A stretch of 58,426 bases of DNA, filler included, from Diploschistes diacapsis (Eukaryota): NCBI GenBank assembly GCA_023645945.1. It is 4 parts of 4 records of this genome, joined end to end, with 100 filler letters (N's around TTAATTAATTAA, not from the genome) between each part and the next. Parts side by side here need not be neighbours in the genome. Positions count along the whole stretch, not along the records: positions 1 to 31,901 come from JALAIB010000111.1; 3 more parts are not named here. One strand, 5' to 3'. The position numbers and the translations under genes were made by a program. Positions 13,337 to 25,911 of the stretch are shown here, piece after piece (the first letter of the stretch is position 1; each line of letters opens with the position of its first letter). The notes beneath the pieces were generated by a model. That model worked only from the letters and a program-made list of their open reading frames with translations, searched no databases and was not told the DNA's origin.

Positions 13337-13893
13337 GATCCAAAAAATTTAGGATCAAGAAATTCTACTGATCAAATTAAGCAGACAGTGCTTGACAGGC
13401 CAACCTTAGGACTGCGTAATAAGAAAGTTTCGAAAGTTACCAGCTTTAGATAAACGAAACAATCAGTCCATACCTGAAGCTCTTGAGAAAGGAGACGTAG
13501 CAAGTCAAAAATGGACGAAGTCATCCAAATAACCTAGATACTTCTAGTGCAGAAGCTGGTACAATGGGTTAGTCCATGTGGTATCAGTAATATCAATAAT
13601 ATTGGGCACACCAAGCACCTATCTTCGAGTTCTTTGTGTAAGCATAAAGGGGATGGAGGAGGTGTTCGGTGTGCCAGTTATTATTGATATCGAAGGGGCC
13701 GGTGAATCGGTGCCTCCCATCTCCGTGACTTTGAGGCGGTGTGGAGTTTTCACTGCCACCTAGTGCCATGCCATCAACTTTTCGTTTCCGAAAAAAGATA
13801 ATCAATTGATCCCACCAGCTATTCCGTTACGTTACGACAGTTGGTGTTCTCGGCGTATCTCACTTGCGATATAACTGGTCCTCCCCAGGATAC

Positions 13894-14871
13894 ATGGATA
13901 TGCAAGCAGGCGAAGGCACCCTCGCTCCTTTAGAAGAGGCTGGGCTGTCTCCTGCGAGTCAAATATTCAAGGACAATGTTCAGCAGTTTGCGTATCAGAC
14001 GCCGAGTCCATCACCACTCAAGCGTAAAGCTCCGACTCTTGACGATCCATTACCACGACCAAACAAACGCGTAACTCGCTCAGTTAGCGCCGCCAGCTTG
14101 AGGTCGACCGCAATCTCCAAACAACCCGTTTTCCCGCCACCAGTGAACTTATCACCATCACCTCGCAGACCGGGGAACCGTTCAGTTAGCTCGCCTTCCC
14201 CAACGAAGACACCGCCGTCCAATGCACGAGGATCAGCTAAAGCTGCGCCTGCCTCCCCATCCCCACAAACGAATCTCCTCACGGACGCTCTTGCACCTAA
14301 TTTACGTATAATGTTCGTGGGGGTCAATCCTGGCATCCAGACAGCAACAACAGGCTTCGCTTATGCTCATCCTTCGAATCGATTCTACCCACTACTTCAC
14401 ATATCTGGTATTACACCACAACGATGTCGCCCAAGCGAGTACAAATCGCTCGTCGAACGATTTGGATTGGGTCATACGAATATGGTTGTACGACCTACCA
14501 AGGACGCTAGCATGTTGAGCAAAGCGGAGATGGAAGCTGGAGTTCAGGTTGTGGAAGAGAAGGTCCGAACCTACCGGCCGGCTTGTGTTTGCTTGGTTGG
14601 AAAATCAGTATGGGAAGCATTTCAGAGGGTCTGGAAACGTGAAGGAAAGCTAAAGAGCTCCAAGACCTTCGAATATGGCTGGCAAGATGTGCACATAGGC
14701 GGGAACGAAAGCTGGGAAGGAGCAAGGGTTTTTGCAGCTACAAGTACGAGTGGCCTTGCTGCTACCGTTAGCTGGAATGAGAAGGTGCGGATATGGAAAC
14801 AGCTGGGAGACTGGTACAAAGAAAGCTCAGCCACGGAGGCCTCTGCTGCTACCACTGCAGTGAAATCATGA
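13894..14871 (+). CDS. G/U mismatch-specific uracil/thymine DNA glycosylase (TDG/MUG family, Thp1-like)
   Basis: Motifs FVGVNPG, AYAHPSNRFY, GLGHTNMV.RPT, CLVGK and TSTSGLA after a Ser/Pro-rich N-terminus. Single exon. Start codon choice is uncertain. Confidence 0.88.
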   Translation: MDMQAGEGTLAPLEEAGLSPASQIFKDNVQQFAYQTPSPSPLKRKAPTLDDPLPRPNKRVTRSVSAASLRSTAISKQPVFPPPVNLSPSPRRPGNRSVSSPSPTKTPPSNARGSAKAAPASPSPQTNLLTDALAPNLRIMFVGVNPGIQTATTGFAYAHPSNRFYPLLHISGITPQRCRPSEYKSLVERFGLGHTNMVVRPTKDASMLSKAEMEAGVQVVEEKVRTYRPACVCLVGKSVWEAFQRVWKREGKLKSSKTFEYGWQDVHIGGNESWEGARVFAATSTSGLAATVSWNEKVRIWKQLGDWYKESSATEASAATTAVKS

Positions 14872-15539
14872 GGATACGCTGGTGCGAACGGCGGGGCCAA
14901 GGAGAAACAAGCATCACAAAACGAATCAACCAGATCGAATACGTACGTCATGCATATCAGGGGCATATATATCCACGAGGGCTTAAACCCGAAGGCGTAC
15001 AATATAGAATATTTTTACCTTGGCACTGACGGCTGAAATTTGGATAAGAGAACGCCATTTAACGGTTAAAGGGCGTATACAGCTATTGAAGGGTCTCGTA
15101 CACAGCCGCTCTTCCACACAACCTGATCAGATTGAACGCTTAATGTGATTGACACCGGTCTGATCGGTTCGGCATTTGGATGTCGGAGTGTAGACGGTCT
15201 GGTAAAGCTTTCTGAACTCGATTGGTCAGAAGATTATGGCAAGATTACGATCCGGGCCGCACCTTCTATCACCAAGCCTACGGCACCAGAGTTGAAGCCT
15301 ACTATCGGGCATCCGGCCCTCTTAACTCAACACCTTCATCATCATCAAAGTCCTATCACCCAAACTCCCGCTCAGTGCTTTTGTTGCGAGTGGACCTGGA
15401 TCAGCAATTAAGGGTGGAGAGTTGCGCTTCCGCTTCCCTTCACAAACATGGGACTCAAGAATCGATGGGAAAGCATTACCGGCAAAGGCGCTGAAGTTAC
15501 GGAAGGCCAGTTACCTTTACCCAGGGAACTGCACTCCGC

Positions 15540-16967
15540 TCCATAACATTGTCGCCATTACAGGGATAACTGGCAACCTTGGTGCCTATTTGTTCGACCA
15601 TTTCTTGAGGAATGCGGATGTTCTGAAAATATATTGTCTCAACCGCTCGCGGAATGCGAACGAGCGTCACCTAGAAGTGCAGGCAGATCGGGGATTACCT
15701 ACAGATATACTGGATAGCGTTGTTGGGTTTGTCCAAGTTGATTTTGACCACGAACGGCTAGGGCTTGAAGATGATGAGTACGTTAAAGATGCTACTCTTC
15801 TAGTTCACAATGCATGGGTGAGTGTTCTCGGTTTCCTTATGATTTCCATAGAAATAAAAGCCTACATTGTGCTGGTGTTGACAATTTCTTCAGATTGATT
15901 TGACGAGTCCTAGCCCATCGATTTCAATAAGAACATCCAATCATTCAAGTGTTCCATTAATGGCATTTTGAACCTCATTAATTTAGCGCTCTATCGGACG
16001 AGTCTCTGCAACTCCACCATCTCTGACAACCTTTCCTGTGTCCTCGAACCCTCCCTCACCGTGGTCCAAGTCAACCGCTTCCTCTTCTTATCCTTTGCCT
16101 ATCAAATTTGTTTTCATATCTTCGATAGGAGCCGTCTCAAACTGGTCGTCACACGCGACATCCGCACGCGACAAGGTTCCCGAAGCTGAGCTGACAGATC
16201 GGAAACTCGTGCGAACGGGTAATGGACGGCCGAAACTGCTATGCGAGCGGATACTTGCTTATACTTGTCGAATGCTAAACCCGCCTGTGTTCATCATGCA
16301 CGTTGGACAACTTGGTGGCCCGGTCTTCCATGGTGTGCAAGGGAGCCTAGCCACAACACGAATGGTTACCGAGCTCAGTCTGAAGCTCAGCAACACTGGG
16401 TGCAACTCTTAGAAAACCTGGGTCCAGTAGAGATTATCGACTGGGTTCCTGTGGATATAGCGGCGAAAGCAGTGGTCGAAGTGCCAGAGAGCTTCCTATT
16501 TCCTGGGGAGGACGGCTTGAATATCGCCCATTCTAAGTTAATACCAGATTCAAAAGAGAAGCTAGGTTCTATCACATTGTTAACCCATCTCTCGTACAGT
16601 GAAGCGATCTTGTACCCACCATTCTGCAATCCATGTCAGATACTACTCGAACCATTGGCTTTGTTGAGTGGGTTGATCTGCTCAAGCAGAGCGTGCGGGT
16701 GTCAGATACAGGCAATGCAGCACAGGCAATACAGCTAAAGTGCTGCGGAAATCCTACGAAGGTATTGACATTGCTGGCAACCCAACGGCCGAATTGCTAG
16801 ATATCTTCAAGTACCTTCAACACCGCAATATACGGTTCCCAAAGGCGAAGGCCGCACAGCTAGAGACGAAAGTTACAGCCACCAAGAGTTGCGGCGGCGT
16901 TGGCCGGGTCGAGACCCGTGCAAGCGGTTTGGATAGACTTAGGGATGAAGCAATGGGGGTTTGGTGA
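15540..16967 (+). pseudogene. Degenerate stand-alone thioester-reductase (NRPS-like R / NAD_binding_4) domain
   Basis: AITGITGNLG Rossmann motif, KIYCLNRS, VHNAW|PIDFN, FVFISSIGAV, VGQLGGP, EWLPS and DWVPVD. The YxxxK motif is degenerate (GNGRPK). Several frameshifts and stops. Confidence 0.8.
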
Positions 16968-17023
16968 CTATAGAAACTTTTTCTGAGGGGAGGTGATTAG
17001 GAGAGGTAGAGTGAGCATCACGT

Positions 17024-18560
17024 TTAACAGGAAAAAAGTGGACCCGCATTGTGTATCTTTTTTGTGTTGGGAAGCCCTAAAACTTTGCGCGCGGTGTAAT
17101 ATTGCTTTTCCTCCTTGCGCCCCCGTGTGGTCTTACCATAATGATTTCGAAGCCATTGAAGCATCTCCAGCTTATTCTTGGCTTTGTTCTGAGGGTCGAC
17201 TGAAGCCCGCTCTCCAGCATCTTTCTCTTCTTCTTGGCACCATTTCGCCAGCTGTTTCTCGAGCCATTGGCCTACCACTTGAGCCACTTGAACTGGCGTC
17301 TCAAAGACACAGAAATGGCCACCATCAACGACTACAACAGCCACCTTCCCTTCAGCGACGCCCCCACCACTTCCCACCCCAGTACCTGTGTTGCGAAGCT
17401 TCTCCGCGCGTCCGCGCTCCCTCGAAGTCCAATAGGGAGAGTTCCTGCCGCCCACATAAAGGCAGCTAGGACGCAGAAACGGAAGTTTGGCGAAGGCCGT
17501 GAGCGCCCCTGGGCGGTAAACGGGCTGCGTATTGGTGGAGAATGAGAAAGAAGTAAGCTCTGGATGTGTGGACCACTTAGGGACAAACGTGGAAAGATGT
17601 TCAGTTGTGCTGCTGGGGTGGCAGCTTCTCGCGAATGAGGCAAGTTTGAGATGTTTGCTTGTAGAGAGCGTCACGGCTGACGAGTCTGAAATTGGAGGCT
17701 CTGATCTGCGAAGCATTTCTTGACTTGTTTGCGACGATGTCGACGAAGTACCTAACCCCTTGCGGTCTTGGCATGCCTCTCGATAGCCATAACGGGCCCA
17801 GATGTTGGGAACTCGCTTATCCCACGACTTGAGGAAAGGGCTTCTGCGTGCCTCCGAGAATACATCTTCACGGAACTGCCAATGGTCATGTTTCTTCGTT
17901 ATTCAATATGCTCATGCATAATTCGAAAGGCTAGGGTCCATTTGCAAAACCGGCTCTACGCACATGACTGCGCTGAAGAGTCTGGGATGTATCTGCGCGA
18001 GATTCAGAATGTTATTTGCTCCCATGCTGTGTCCTAAGCTAACAATCGGCCTGGGCATCTGATCCTGAAAGCAGTTGAGGAGATGCAATAGATTCCTTGA
18101 ATGGTCGTCTCAGCGAACTAAACAGGAGGCGGTCAACCGCAGGATCTTTTAAAGTTTCCAGCTTGAAGCATGATTCGTCTTTTTCAAGCACGCATATTCG
18201 TCACTCACTTTCATTACCGAGCTTTTCCCGCGTTCAGGATTGAGCTTTCTGTATGGTTTGCTGTATTGGCGGTCCATATCGATCGAATGCGGAAAGAGCA
18301 ATCTTGTTGCTGAAAGAAAAGCTACAGTTCATGGCTCATAAAGCTCCTTTGGAAAACCAGCGGCATGGGCGGCAACGATGGTCACGTCCCCCAGTTGAGG
18401 ATCAGGATTGTCTAATGGGATGTACTGCTTAATGTGCATATGCAGTACTTCCTCCAGGTTGATTGCTGTCGAACGAGCGTGCCCTCGGATATAGCTGCAG
18501 GTCGGCACATGGATCTTATGGCGAAAGAATGAATAAGACGTTTTCAAGGACGAAACCGGA
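17024..18560 (-). pseudogene. Degenerate alpha/beta hydrolase (MpaH-like)
   Basis: N-terminus HVPTCSYIRGHARST...LHIKQYIPLDNPDPQLGDVTIVAAHAAGFPKELYEP then a stop. C-terminus LPFLRPSCLYVGG...TGTGVGSGGGVAEGKV...GHFCVFE. The middle is broken by stops and frameshifts. Confidence 0.78.
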
Positions 18561-19367
18561 GAACTCGAGGAAAGGAAGCAGAAGTAACATGAAATTGCCT
18601 CATCGGCACTGCAAGATTGAACAGAGCCGCTTATATAGTATGACGTCGCGGCTGATGCTTCATTTCGGTCTCACATACTGGCCTGTAAGTCGATCCAACG
18701 GCAAGAATGATATAGCTTCTCACGGATCTGGGTTTACAACCTTATTACAGCAGCGAGTGTCAGGCTGGTAAGCGTTAGTACATGGAAATGCTCTACCAAG
18801 TACAAAGTAGTTTTACAATTCTCACAATTAAGGATGCCAGAACGGTATATGCAAGGTTAACAGCTAGCCCCAATTTACAGTTCGAAGAAAGGAGACATGA
18901 CGCGAGGCTTGCGAACCTCATCCATTTCCAAGGCTTCGGTAGCGGTCCTGTGGTTCAGCTTTAGAGTTCTAGTGTCTCCAAAAGAACAAAGTCTTCCAAT
19001 GGAAGGATGTTAGTGTTTACCTTGTCTTTTTGCAGGTACAAATGCTAATTTGTAGTAATGGATTTCCGTGTCATCCCACAATTCAACAGTTCCCAAAAGT
19101 TAACCACACGAGTAGCCTTGAGAGACATCCTACGGTTGGTCCACAAGGGGCCTTGAAACGAGGTAAACGACCTGTGAATACTTGATATGTATTTCACAGC
19201 TGACCTCAACCCCATAAAACATGCCTAGAAGCCACAGGAATGACGGCGGTGAACAAAGTCCTGCTGAGAACCTCTAACGAGCGATCCAATATATTCACGA
19301 CCGGGTTGAAGACATATATTGCCCTTTTCCCGGTGGGTTCTCCTCCTGTCAGCCAGACCTCTGTATT

Positions 19368-21300
19368 ATGTTATCAGATAAAGGTCCTTTCCTGCTGCCA
19401 AACTGTGTGAAGAGGCTCTTATTGACGCCCATTGACAAAAGGGCAGCAAGTAACCGTATCCCGCCCTTTGCTTCAATACCACTCGGGAGCGACGCTGCCC
19501 AAGGCTACCGAGATGCGTCCTACTCGCTCTTCGCAAACGCCATCAATAGGTGTGCACACTGGATGACCGATAGAATCGGAATGCCTTCAACGCTGGAGAT
19601 GCTCACCTATTTGGGCTCCGCAGACCTTCGCTATCAAATTATCCCTCTAGCGGCTGTCAAAGCTAAATGTATGTTAAGCCGTAACCTCGACATCAAGTTC
19701 GTTACCTGCCAATCTCATGCAGCTGGCTAGATCTTTCTTCCTCACCCAGAAACACCACAGAAATCCTCCGCATTCTGTTCGAGAACCCCAGGTCAAAAAG
19801 TTAATAACCACCACCGAGCCCCCGCTGGCCGTGTCCACAATCATCGAGATGTGTAGTGTGCAAAAAATATGTGATTCCAAGTTTTGAGGATCCCTTGACG
19901 AGTTCTCCCATGTCGCCGGCTCCTTTCCAAGTGTCATGGGAACAGTATCGTAAGAGACCGTTTTTGCATATACACTCATCTGGTTCAACGGATATCTCCA
20001 AGCTAATCACGCTCAAGCATGGCATTTTCTTAGCCTCTGAAGCGCAGCAGCACATTTGCGACAATGAACTTGGCCGGCGCTGCGGCAACATGCGTTCCTT
20101 TGTTTCTTTTTCTCCGGTCCACGTTGCTGGATTGGTGTATGGCCTTGCAGCTCCAATCTACCTTGATAGCACAGTGACACTTCCCCCACCAAAGCCTTTA
20201 ACAGCTGACCTGTGCAATGCAGTGCTACTGAATAGCACTGCGGAATTTGTGTTCTTACCGACATCATTGGTGACAGGTTTGACTGAGAACGAGTAGCATT
20301 TGGCGAATTTGTGCCCTCCAAAAGGCTTTACCTTTGCTAGAGGTCCCTTGTCAGACTCAGTCGGCGACACATTGTCCACCCATATGGCACCCATATCCGG
20401 CATCGGGGCGGCGGAGTGGCTAGCTGTCCCGAACGAGAAGAAGGCTCCAGAAGTCTAAACTTGGTTCAATTCCAATTGTGGTCAAGGTGGTCTTGAGTTC
20501 CAAGAATGTGACGAAGGGCTATTTGAATTGGTCATCGTACGGAAAAAGGAGGTGGAGTTTTAGCAGCCGGCTTTTGTCAACTTTCTTGACATCGCAGAGT
20601 TTGCTACCAAACCCCTGTTCATCCCACACCCGAGCAAGCCTGGCCTTGGAAATATGCATCGAGACTGGATGACATTGTTGTCTTAAGCTTTGGCGAAACT
20701 TCAACCTGTCACCCTTAGAGGGCGTAATCACGTCTTGTTTGTCCTGCCCTGAAGGGTTGCGTTATCGTCGGACAGGGCCGTTTCAAGTGCCGCGATCCTT
20801 GAGCCAAAGGATCCGGATATGGATAATGCAAGCTTGGTGGAGGCTGTATGGCCATTCATACGCAAGGCAAATGATCAAACAGCCAAACACGGAAGAATAG
20901 GTAAAGAGCTAAGTATCATCACCCACAAGGGAAACCCATTTGCTCGCGCGGCGAAAGAGACCATTCAAAGAGTCGCAGCGAACAAGCTTCTCTTGAGGAG
21001 ATTAGTAAGCTTTACAGATCGCTGAAGGAGGGCTCCGCCATACCAAAAGGCACGTTGGATCTTCACGAACTTTCGACATCAAAGGCTTCGCTTGCCGCCT
21101 TCCTCCGGGACGAGCTTAGTTATACCAACGTAGATTATGACAACGATTTCTTTGCAATGGGAATGGACTCCCTTCAGCTCATCAACTTGGTCCGAGCAAT
21201 CAATTCCATCCGCTCAGGCAGTCCAGTCGAGGCCAAGCAGGTGTACGACCATCCCTCAATCAGCAAGTTGGCGCAGATGCTAACGCAAGGGTCGAATTAG
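19368..21300 (+). pseudogene. Degenerate NRPS-like adenylation plus carrier (A-T) module
   Basis: FANAINRCAHW, YLGSADLRY, HSSGSTDISK (A3 loop remnant), IGKELSIIT.KGNPFARAAKETIQR, and T domain DFFAMGMDSLQ...VYDHPSISKLA. Many frameshifts and stops. Confidence 0.85.
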
Positions 21301-21375
21301 ATTCACATAACGGTTATGCATCCGATGACGAAGAACAGTATGAGACGTGGTTAGCCATGAACCGAATGTTCGAGG

Positions 21376-22611
21376 ATGACGGCTATGCTTGTACTAAATA
21401 GCGATAAACCGCGCAGCAGACACAAACGGTGGCTCCGAGCTGAAGATAAAGGCCCCGTCACCCAGCCGAATGGTGGTGTTGTTGCCTGGGCCCAGATGCT
21501 GGGTTCTTGTTTGATCAACCTCACTAACTGGGGTCTCGTCAATACATTTGGAGTCTTTTAAGCTTTCTACTAGACTAATCTTTACAGTCTTGTTCGCCTT
21601 CAACCATCTCTTGGATTGGAACGCTCCAGGGTTCGCTACTTCTCATTGTCGGTGTGGTCTTTGGGCCTCTGCTCGAGGCCGGCTACTTCAAGACAGTCCT
21701 GGTTGCCGTTCAAACTGGCTCCCCTTGGGCCATAAGGGTCAAGGGCCTCATCGCCTTTATCACTTTGGGATCTACTATTGTCATAATACAGCCCCTGGAA
21801 CGGCGATCGCGGCGGCAGCTCTTCGATGTCGATGCTGTTCTTGATGTCCATTACTCTCCGTTTATGATCGCAGCTTTGCGTAAACAACATGCGAGCAACC
21901 CTTGGTTTTGGGGTTTTGACGCTCACTTATCTAATCCAAGTGCTTTACGCTGCCATCCTTGTACCATTCTTTTTAGCCACAACCTTTTCCTCGGGGGCAC
22001 TCCAAGCATCAAAGAACACATCTTTCTATCTTCTAGCTGTCCTTAAAGCCGCTCAAGTCTTCGGTCGCCTTCTTCCAAAATGGTATGCAGATCAACAGAG
22101 GTCCCTCTCCTTTGCCCCGGAGGCGCTTCTGTTGTTCACTGAAGCTTTAGCTGGGATTTGCGGCTTTCCCTGGCTTGGCGTTGAATCTGTAGGTGGTGTT
22201 ATGCGCTTGATTACTCGTTTTTGGCTTCCTTTCAGGTGTGGCTTCGACACTGCCTGCCGCGGTGCTGCCGCATATTAGCTGCTCACGGCACTCGATTGGG
22301 AATGCTGTATGCTTGCGCAGGGTTCGGGTTCTTGATTTCGACGCCAGTTGCAAGTGCACTCAACCAATCTACGGGCAGCTTTGCTGGCAACCAGATCCGG
22401 ACGGGCGTTATCTGTTTCAGCGCTTCCGCTTTCTTTGCAGTTACCGCTTAGGAAGCGAGAAAGAGACGACTATTGTATCAAATGGGCAGAGGAGGAAGAA
22501 CTTGAAGAAGGGAAAAGGGTCGGAGCAAAAGACGATAGACGGCTACTGCAAGAACTTGACATGAACTTACCCTACTGGGGGAGGGGTTCTGGGGCAATAG
22601 ACAGGTATTGA
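21376..22611 (+). pseudogene. Degenerate MFS monocarboxylate-porter (MCH-like) domain
   Basis: PNGGVVAWAQMLG...NWGLVNTFGVF*AFY*, VFGPLLEAGYF, FYLLAVLKAAQVFGRLLP and GTRLGMLY..AGFGFLISTP. In-frame stops and frameshifts. Confidence 0.8.
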
Positions 22612-22671
22612 TTTTGGCGGTGCTCGTGAAGGACCAGTAATAGTTGAGAAAGGCTTCAACGGCTCGGAACA

Positions 22672-23192
22672 CTAAGCGTATGTCTCTTCTTTGGCTACTA
22701 TCCTCCAGTATCCAGCACTTTCCCGCTTACCATACCCTGTCCCTCGAAAGCTTCTCTTACTCTTGGGTCCCTCTATCTCTGGGCCTAGGCCCGCAGTCAT
22801 CCTTCTTCCTTTGCTCTTCTTCTTCGGCCCATTGCAAACCCAGTCCCCAGCATCACCCGCCTCCTTCATCGCGCGCGCCGACGTCGTCTCCTCGGATGCC
22901 GGAGGCTCTTCGCTTCCTGGCTCAGGGCACTCAGCCTCAGTCTTATCCTTCTCCGCCCCTCCTCCTCCATCGCCTTCTTCTTCTCCTCTCTCTCATTCAC
23001 AGCGCTTTCTTTCCATCTCTGCTCGGCCTCCCATGTGTATGTTATCATCTCCTCATCGTGGAGGGCCATTGTCTCAGGCGGATCGAGAAGGTTAGATGAA
23101 ATTGCCGGTGCAGAGGGGTCCTCCGGCTGTTGGTTCTGATTGAAGGGGAGCTGAGGGAGCTGCATTGGCTCTGGCTCTGGGTTTTTGGGCAT
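22672..23192 (-). CDS. Possible small low-complexity orphan protein (Pro/Glu-rich)
   Basis: ORF MPKNPEPEPMQLP... with a purine-rich charged region and a possible frameshift into the 22672-22869 ORF. No recognisable family. Confidence 0.25.
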
Positions 23193-23898
23193 GGTGCTTG
23201 GTCCGGAGTGAAGATTATGGGTAGGTAGGTAGGTAGAGGAGACGAGGTTCTCCTCGAAGGAAGTGTCGGTCAAGCTTTAGCAAGCTACGGATGGAAAATG
23301 GGGCGAGGATGTGATGGTTAGTCGCAGGGAGCTTGGGGTACATGATCGAAGATATCTATGGCTTGTGAGTCAACGCAGTCGTTTAAACCTCAATCTTCGG
23401 GACGGAAAGCGAGAAGAGCGAAATTTGGATCATAACTGATTTCCATGATGAAGGACTGACTGGTGGCTTCTGCGCAAAAATATTGGCCGCCAGCTCTGCT
23501 TTTCTCGCCCCGCTAATGCTCTCCATAGTATATTAGCAATCTAGCATGCGCCCTTCCCAGGCAGGAAGAGCTCGAAAGATGCCTCAGATCAATTTCAAAA
23601 CAGTTCTGAAAGTTTTGGGGGAGGGCTTCAAATAGCTCAGGCTCATTTCCTACTTGGTCTGAAGCATCCCTAAGCTGTTGTATAGGCATAAAGTGGTGAA
23701 AGAGGTGTCTGGTGCGCAGATTATTCTTGATATCGCCTGCCAGGGTAACTACTTATCCGTTTCGGTCAGGATATCGGCCCAAAGTAAGTCCGAAAGTAGG
23801 TTTTGTAAAACTGAACGCCAAATCTCTGAATCTAATCACATGCTGTCCATAGAAAGGTTCGAAATCGCAAGATTGTCGAAAGCCCAACACAGGAAGAA

Positions 23899-24975
23899 AT
23901 GGCTTCTACTCAAAAGCCACCTTCCAAGATCGCGGACTTTTACGTTGTTCCTATAGCATTGCCACCAACGCCATCGCTTCAGATTTCAGCTACCCATTAC
24001 CTCTATCTAAAGCCTCACATCCCAATCACCCCCACACCGGAAAGCGAAAAATCGCTCTTCCTCGTCAATATACCCATTGATACTACGGAAACACACCTCA
24101 AGCATTTATTCTCAACCCAGATAGACCTGTCAGTTGGCCGGGTTCTTAAAATCCAATTCGAGGACTCCAACCATGAGAAAACCTCCGTCGGTCTCGCCCC
24201 CACTCCCATAACCGCCAACAACACCAAGAAAACCAAGAAGCGCAAACGAGCCGCTGCGGACGACACCACAACCCGAGAAAACCTCGACTTCCCTCCATTA
24301 TGGGACCGCCCGATCCACCGCAGCGGCAGCACTGCCACCGTCGTCTTCGTGGACAAAGCAAGCATGGACGTCGCGTTCAAAGCAATCCGAGCCGCCGTCA
24401 AAGCGGGTAAAACAATAACATGGGGCGCCGGCATTGAAGACAAAATTCCACCCCTAGGCTCCCAGCGTAAGCCAACCTCCCCACCAACACCCTCCCTCTT
24501 CCCCTCCTGCTCACGCAACGCTACCTAGGCTACGACACGCATCACGCCCTCTCCTACCCCCCTCCCTCCACCCTCCTCTCCTCTGTAAATGCCTACATGA
24601 CCGCCTACAACGCCCAGCAAGAAGCCGCCGCGCGCGCCTTAGCGCGGAAGCGCCAGCAGCCCGACGAAGACGGCTTCGTGACCGTCACGCGGGCTGGGCG
24701 GAACGCTGCGGCACGGATGGAAGATGCGCAGGAGAGGCTGGAGAAGCAGCGGGAGAGGGAAAAGCGGCGGGCGGACGACTATGGGGACTTCTACCGGTTC
24801 CAGGGACGGGAGAAGAGGAAAGCTCGGGCGGCGGAGCTGGTAAGGAAGTTTGAGGAAGATAGGGAAAGGGTGAGGAGAATGCGGGGGGAGAGAGGGAGGT
24901 TTCAGGTGAGTGAGATGGAAAGGTGGTGCTGGAGACGGGATGCAAGTTTGGCTGACACGGTTTCAGCCTGAGTGA
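23899..24975 (+). CDS. RRP7: Ribosomal RNA-processing protein 7; 3 exons
   Basis: ATHYLYLKPH, SLFLVNIPIDTTETHLKHLF, SGSTATVVFVD, PDEDGFVTVTR and DFYRFQGREKRK...LVRKFEEDRERV..M...GRFQ|PE*. Introns 24467-24528 and 24907-24966. Confidence 0.92.
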
Positions 24976-25911
24976 GGTGGGCGGAGATTGGTAATGCCGA
25001 CAGCAGCGATGTTTTCCTTAGCGGAAAGGGCCAGGTCCGGGAGACCTACATCTCCTATCCGGAGCGCTCCCCGCCACTGAAGATATCCTGCGTATTTCCC
25101 AGGTAGTACTCCGGCAAGGCGTTCGAAAAGCCACACTGCTCAGATTCCCAAGCGATAAAACGCATCATGAAACAACATCCACTCGCCGTAAGTCTCTCAT
25201 CTCCTTTTCATCTACCGCAATGTCACCTGTCCTGATGAGCATGCTGGGGCCATATGACCGCAGCGCAGCACGGCCCCTACCGGGAATAATCCGTCGCGTT
25301 CATTGCTGCAAAGAGTTCAAACACCAGCTTCTATGTTAAATCTTCTCGATTCTGAATCACGATGCCGCTACCTGACCGTTTGTTTGTCGATGACGAGGCT
25401 TTGAGAAAGGCTAATTGGTTTCCTGTAAGATGTGCACATGTAGGATAGGAGAGATGGAGTCAGTAGTAGAGCCACACAGGTCGGCGCGGTCAGGATGGAA
25501 GTTCAAGTTGTGGGTCAACTGGGTGACAGCGTCCATTAACCAAGCTAAAGCAATGGCTCAGCTGGAGATGGTCGGGCGTCATGCATTACAATGCCGCTCA
25601 ACACCGAATGTTGGATAGCTCGTACATAGCTCATATGCAGGGCTCGTCAACCGTTACACCAATATTCTCCTCCATCTTCGTCTTCTTCCCCCCTTGCTCC
25701 TCCCTCCCACCCAGCCATGACCATGCACCATACCTACAAGCGCAAAGCCCCATCCCATCCCCATCCATCCCCCATTTTTCTCTCAACACCAGCGCCTCCA
25801 CCGACCATTACCCAAAGCCATCAAACATACGCCGGGGCCAGCCCAGGTGTCAAGCCTTAGCCCGTAATCCACACACCGCAAACCGCGTTCCCAGGCCTCC
25901 TGCCTTTGCAT

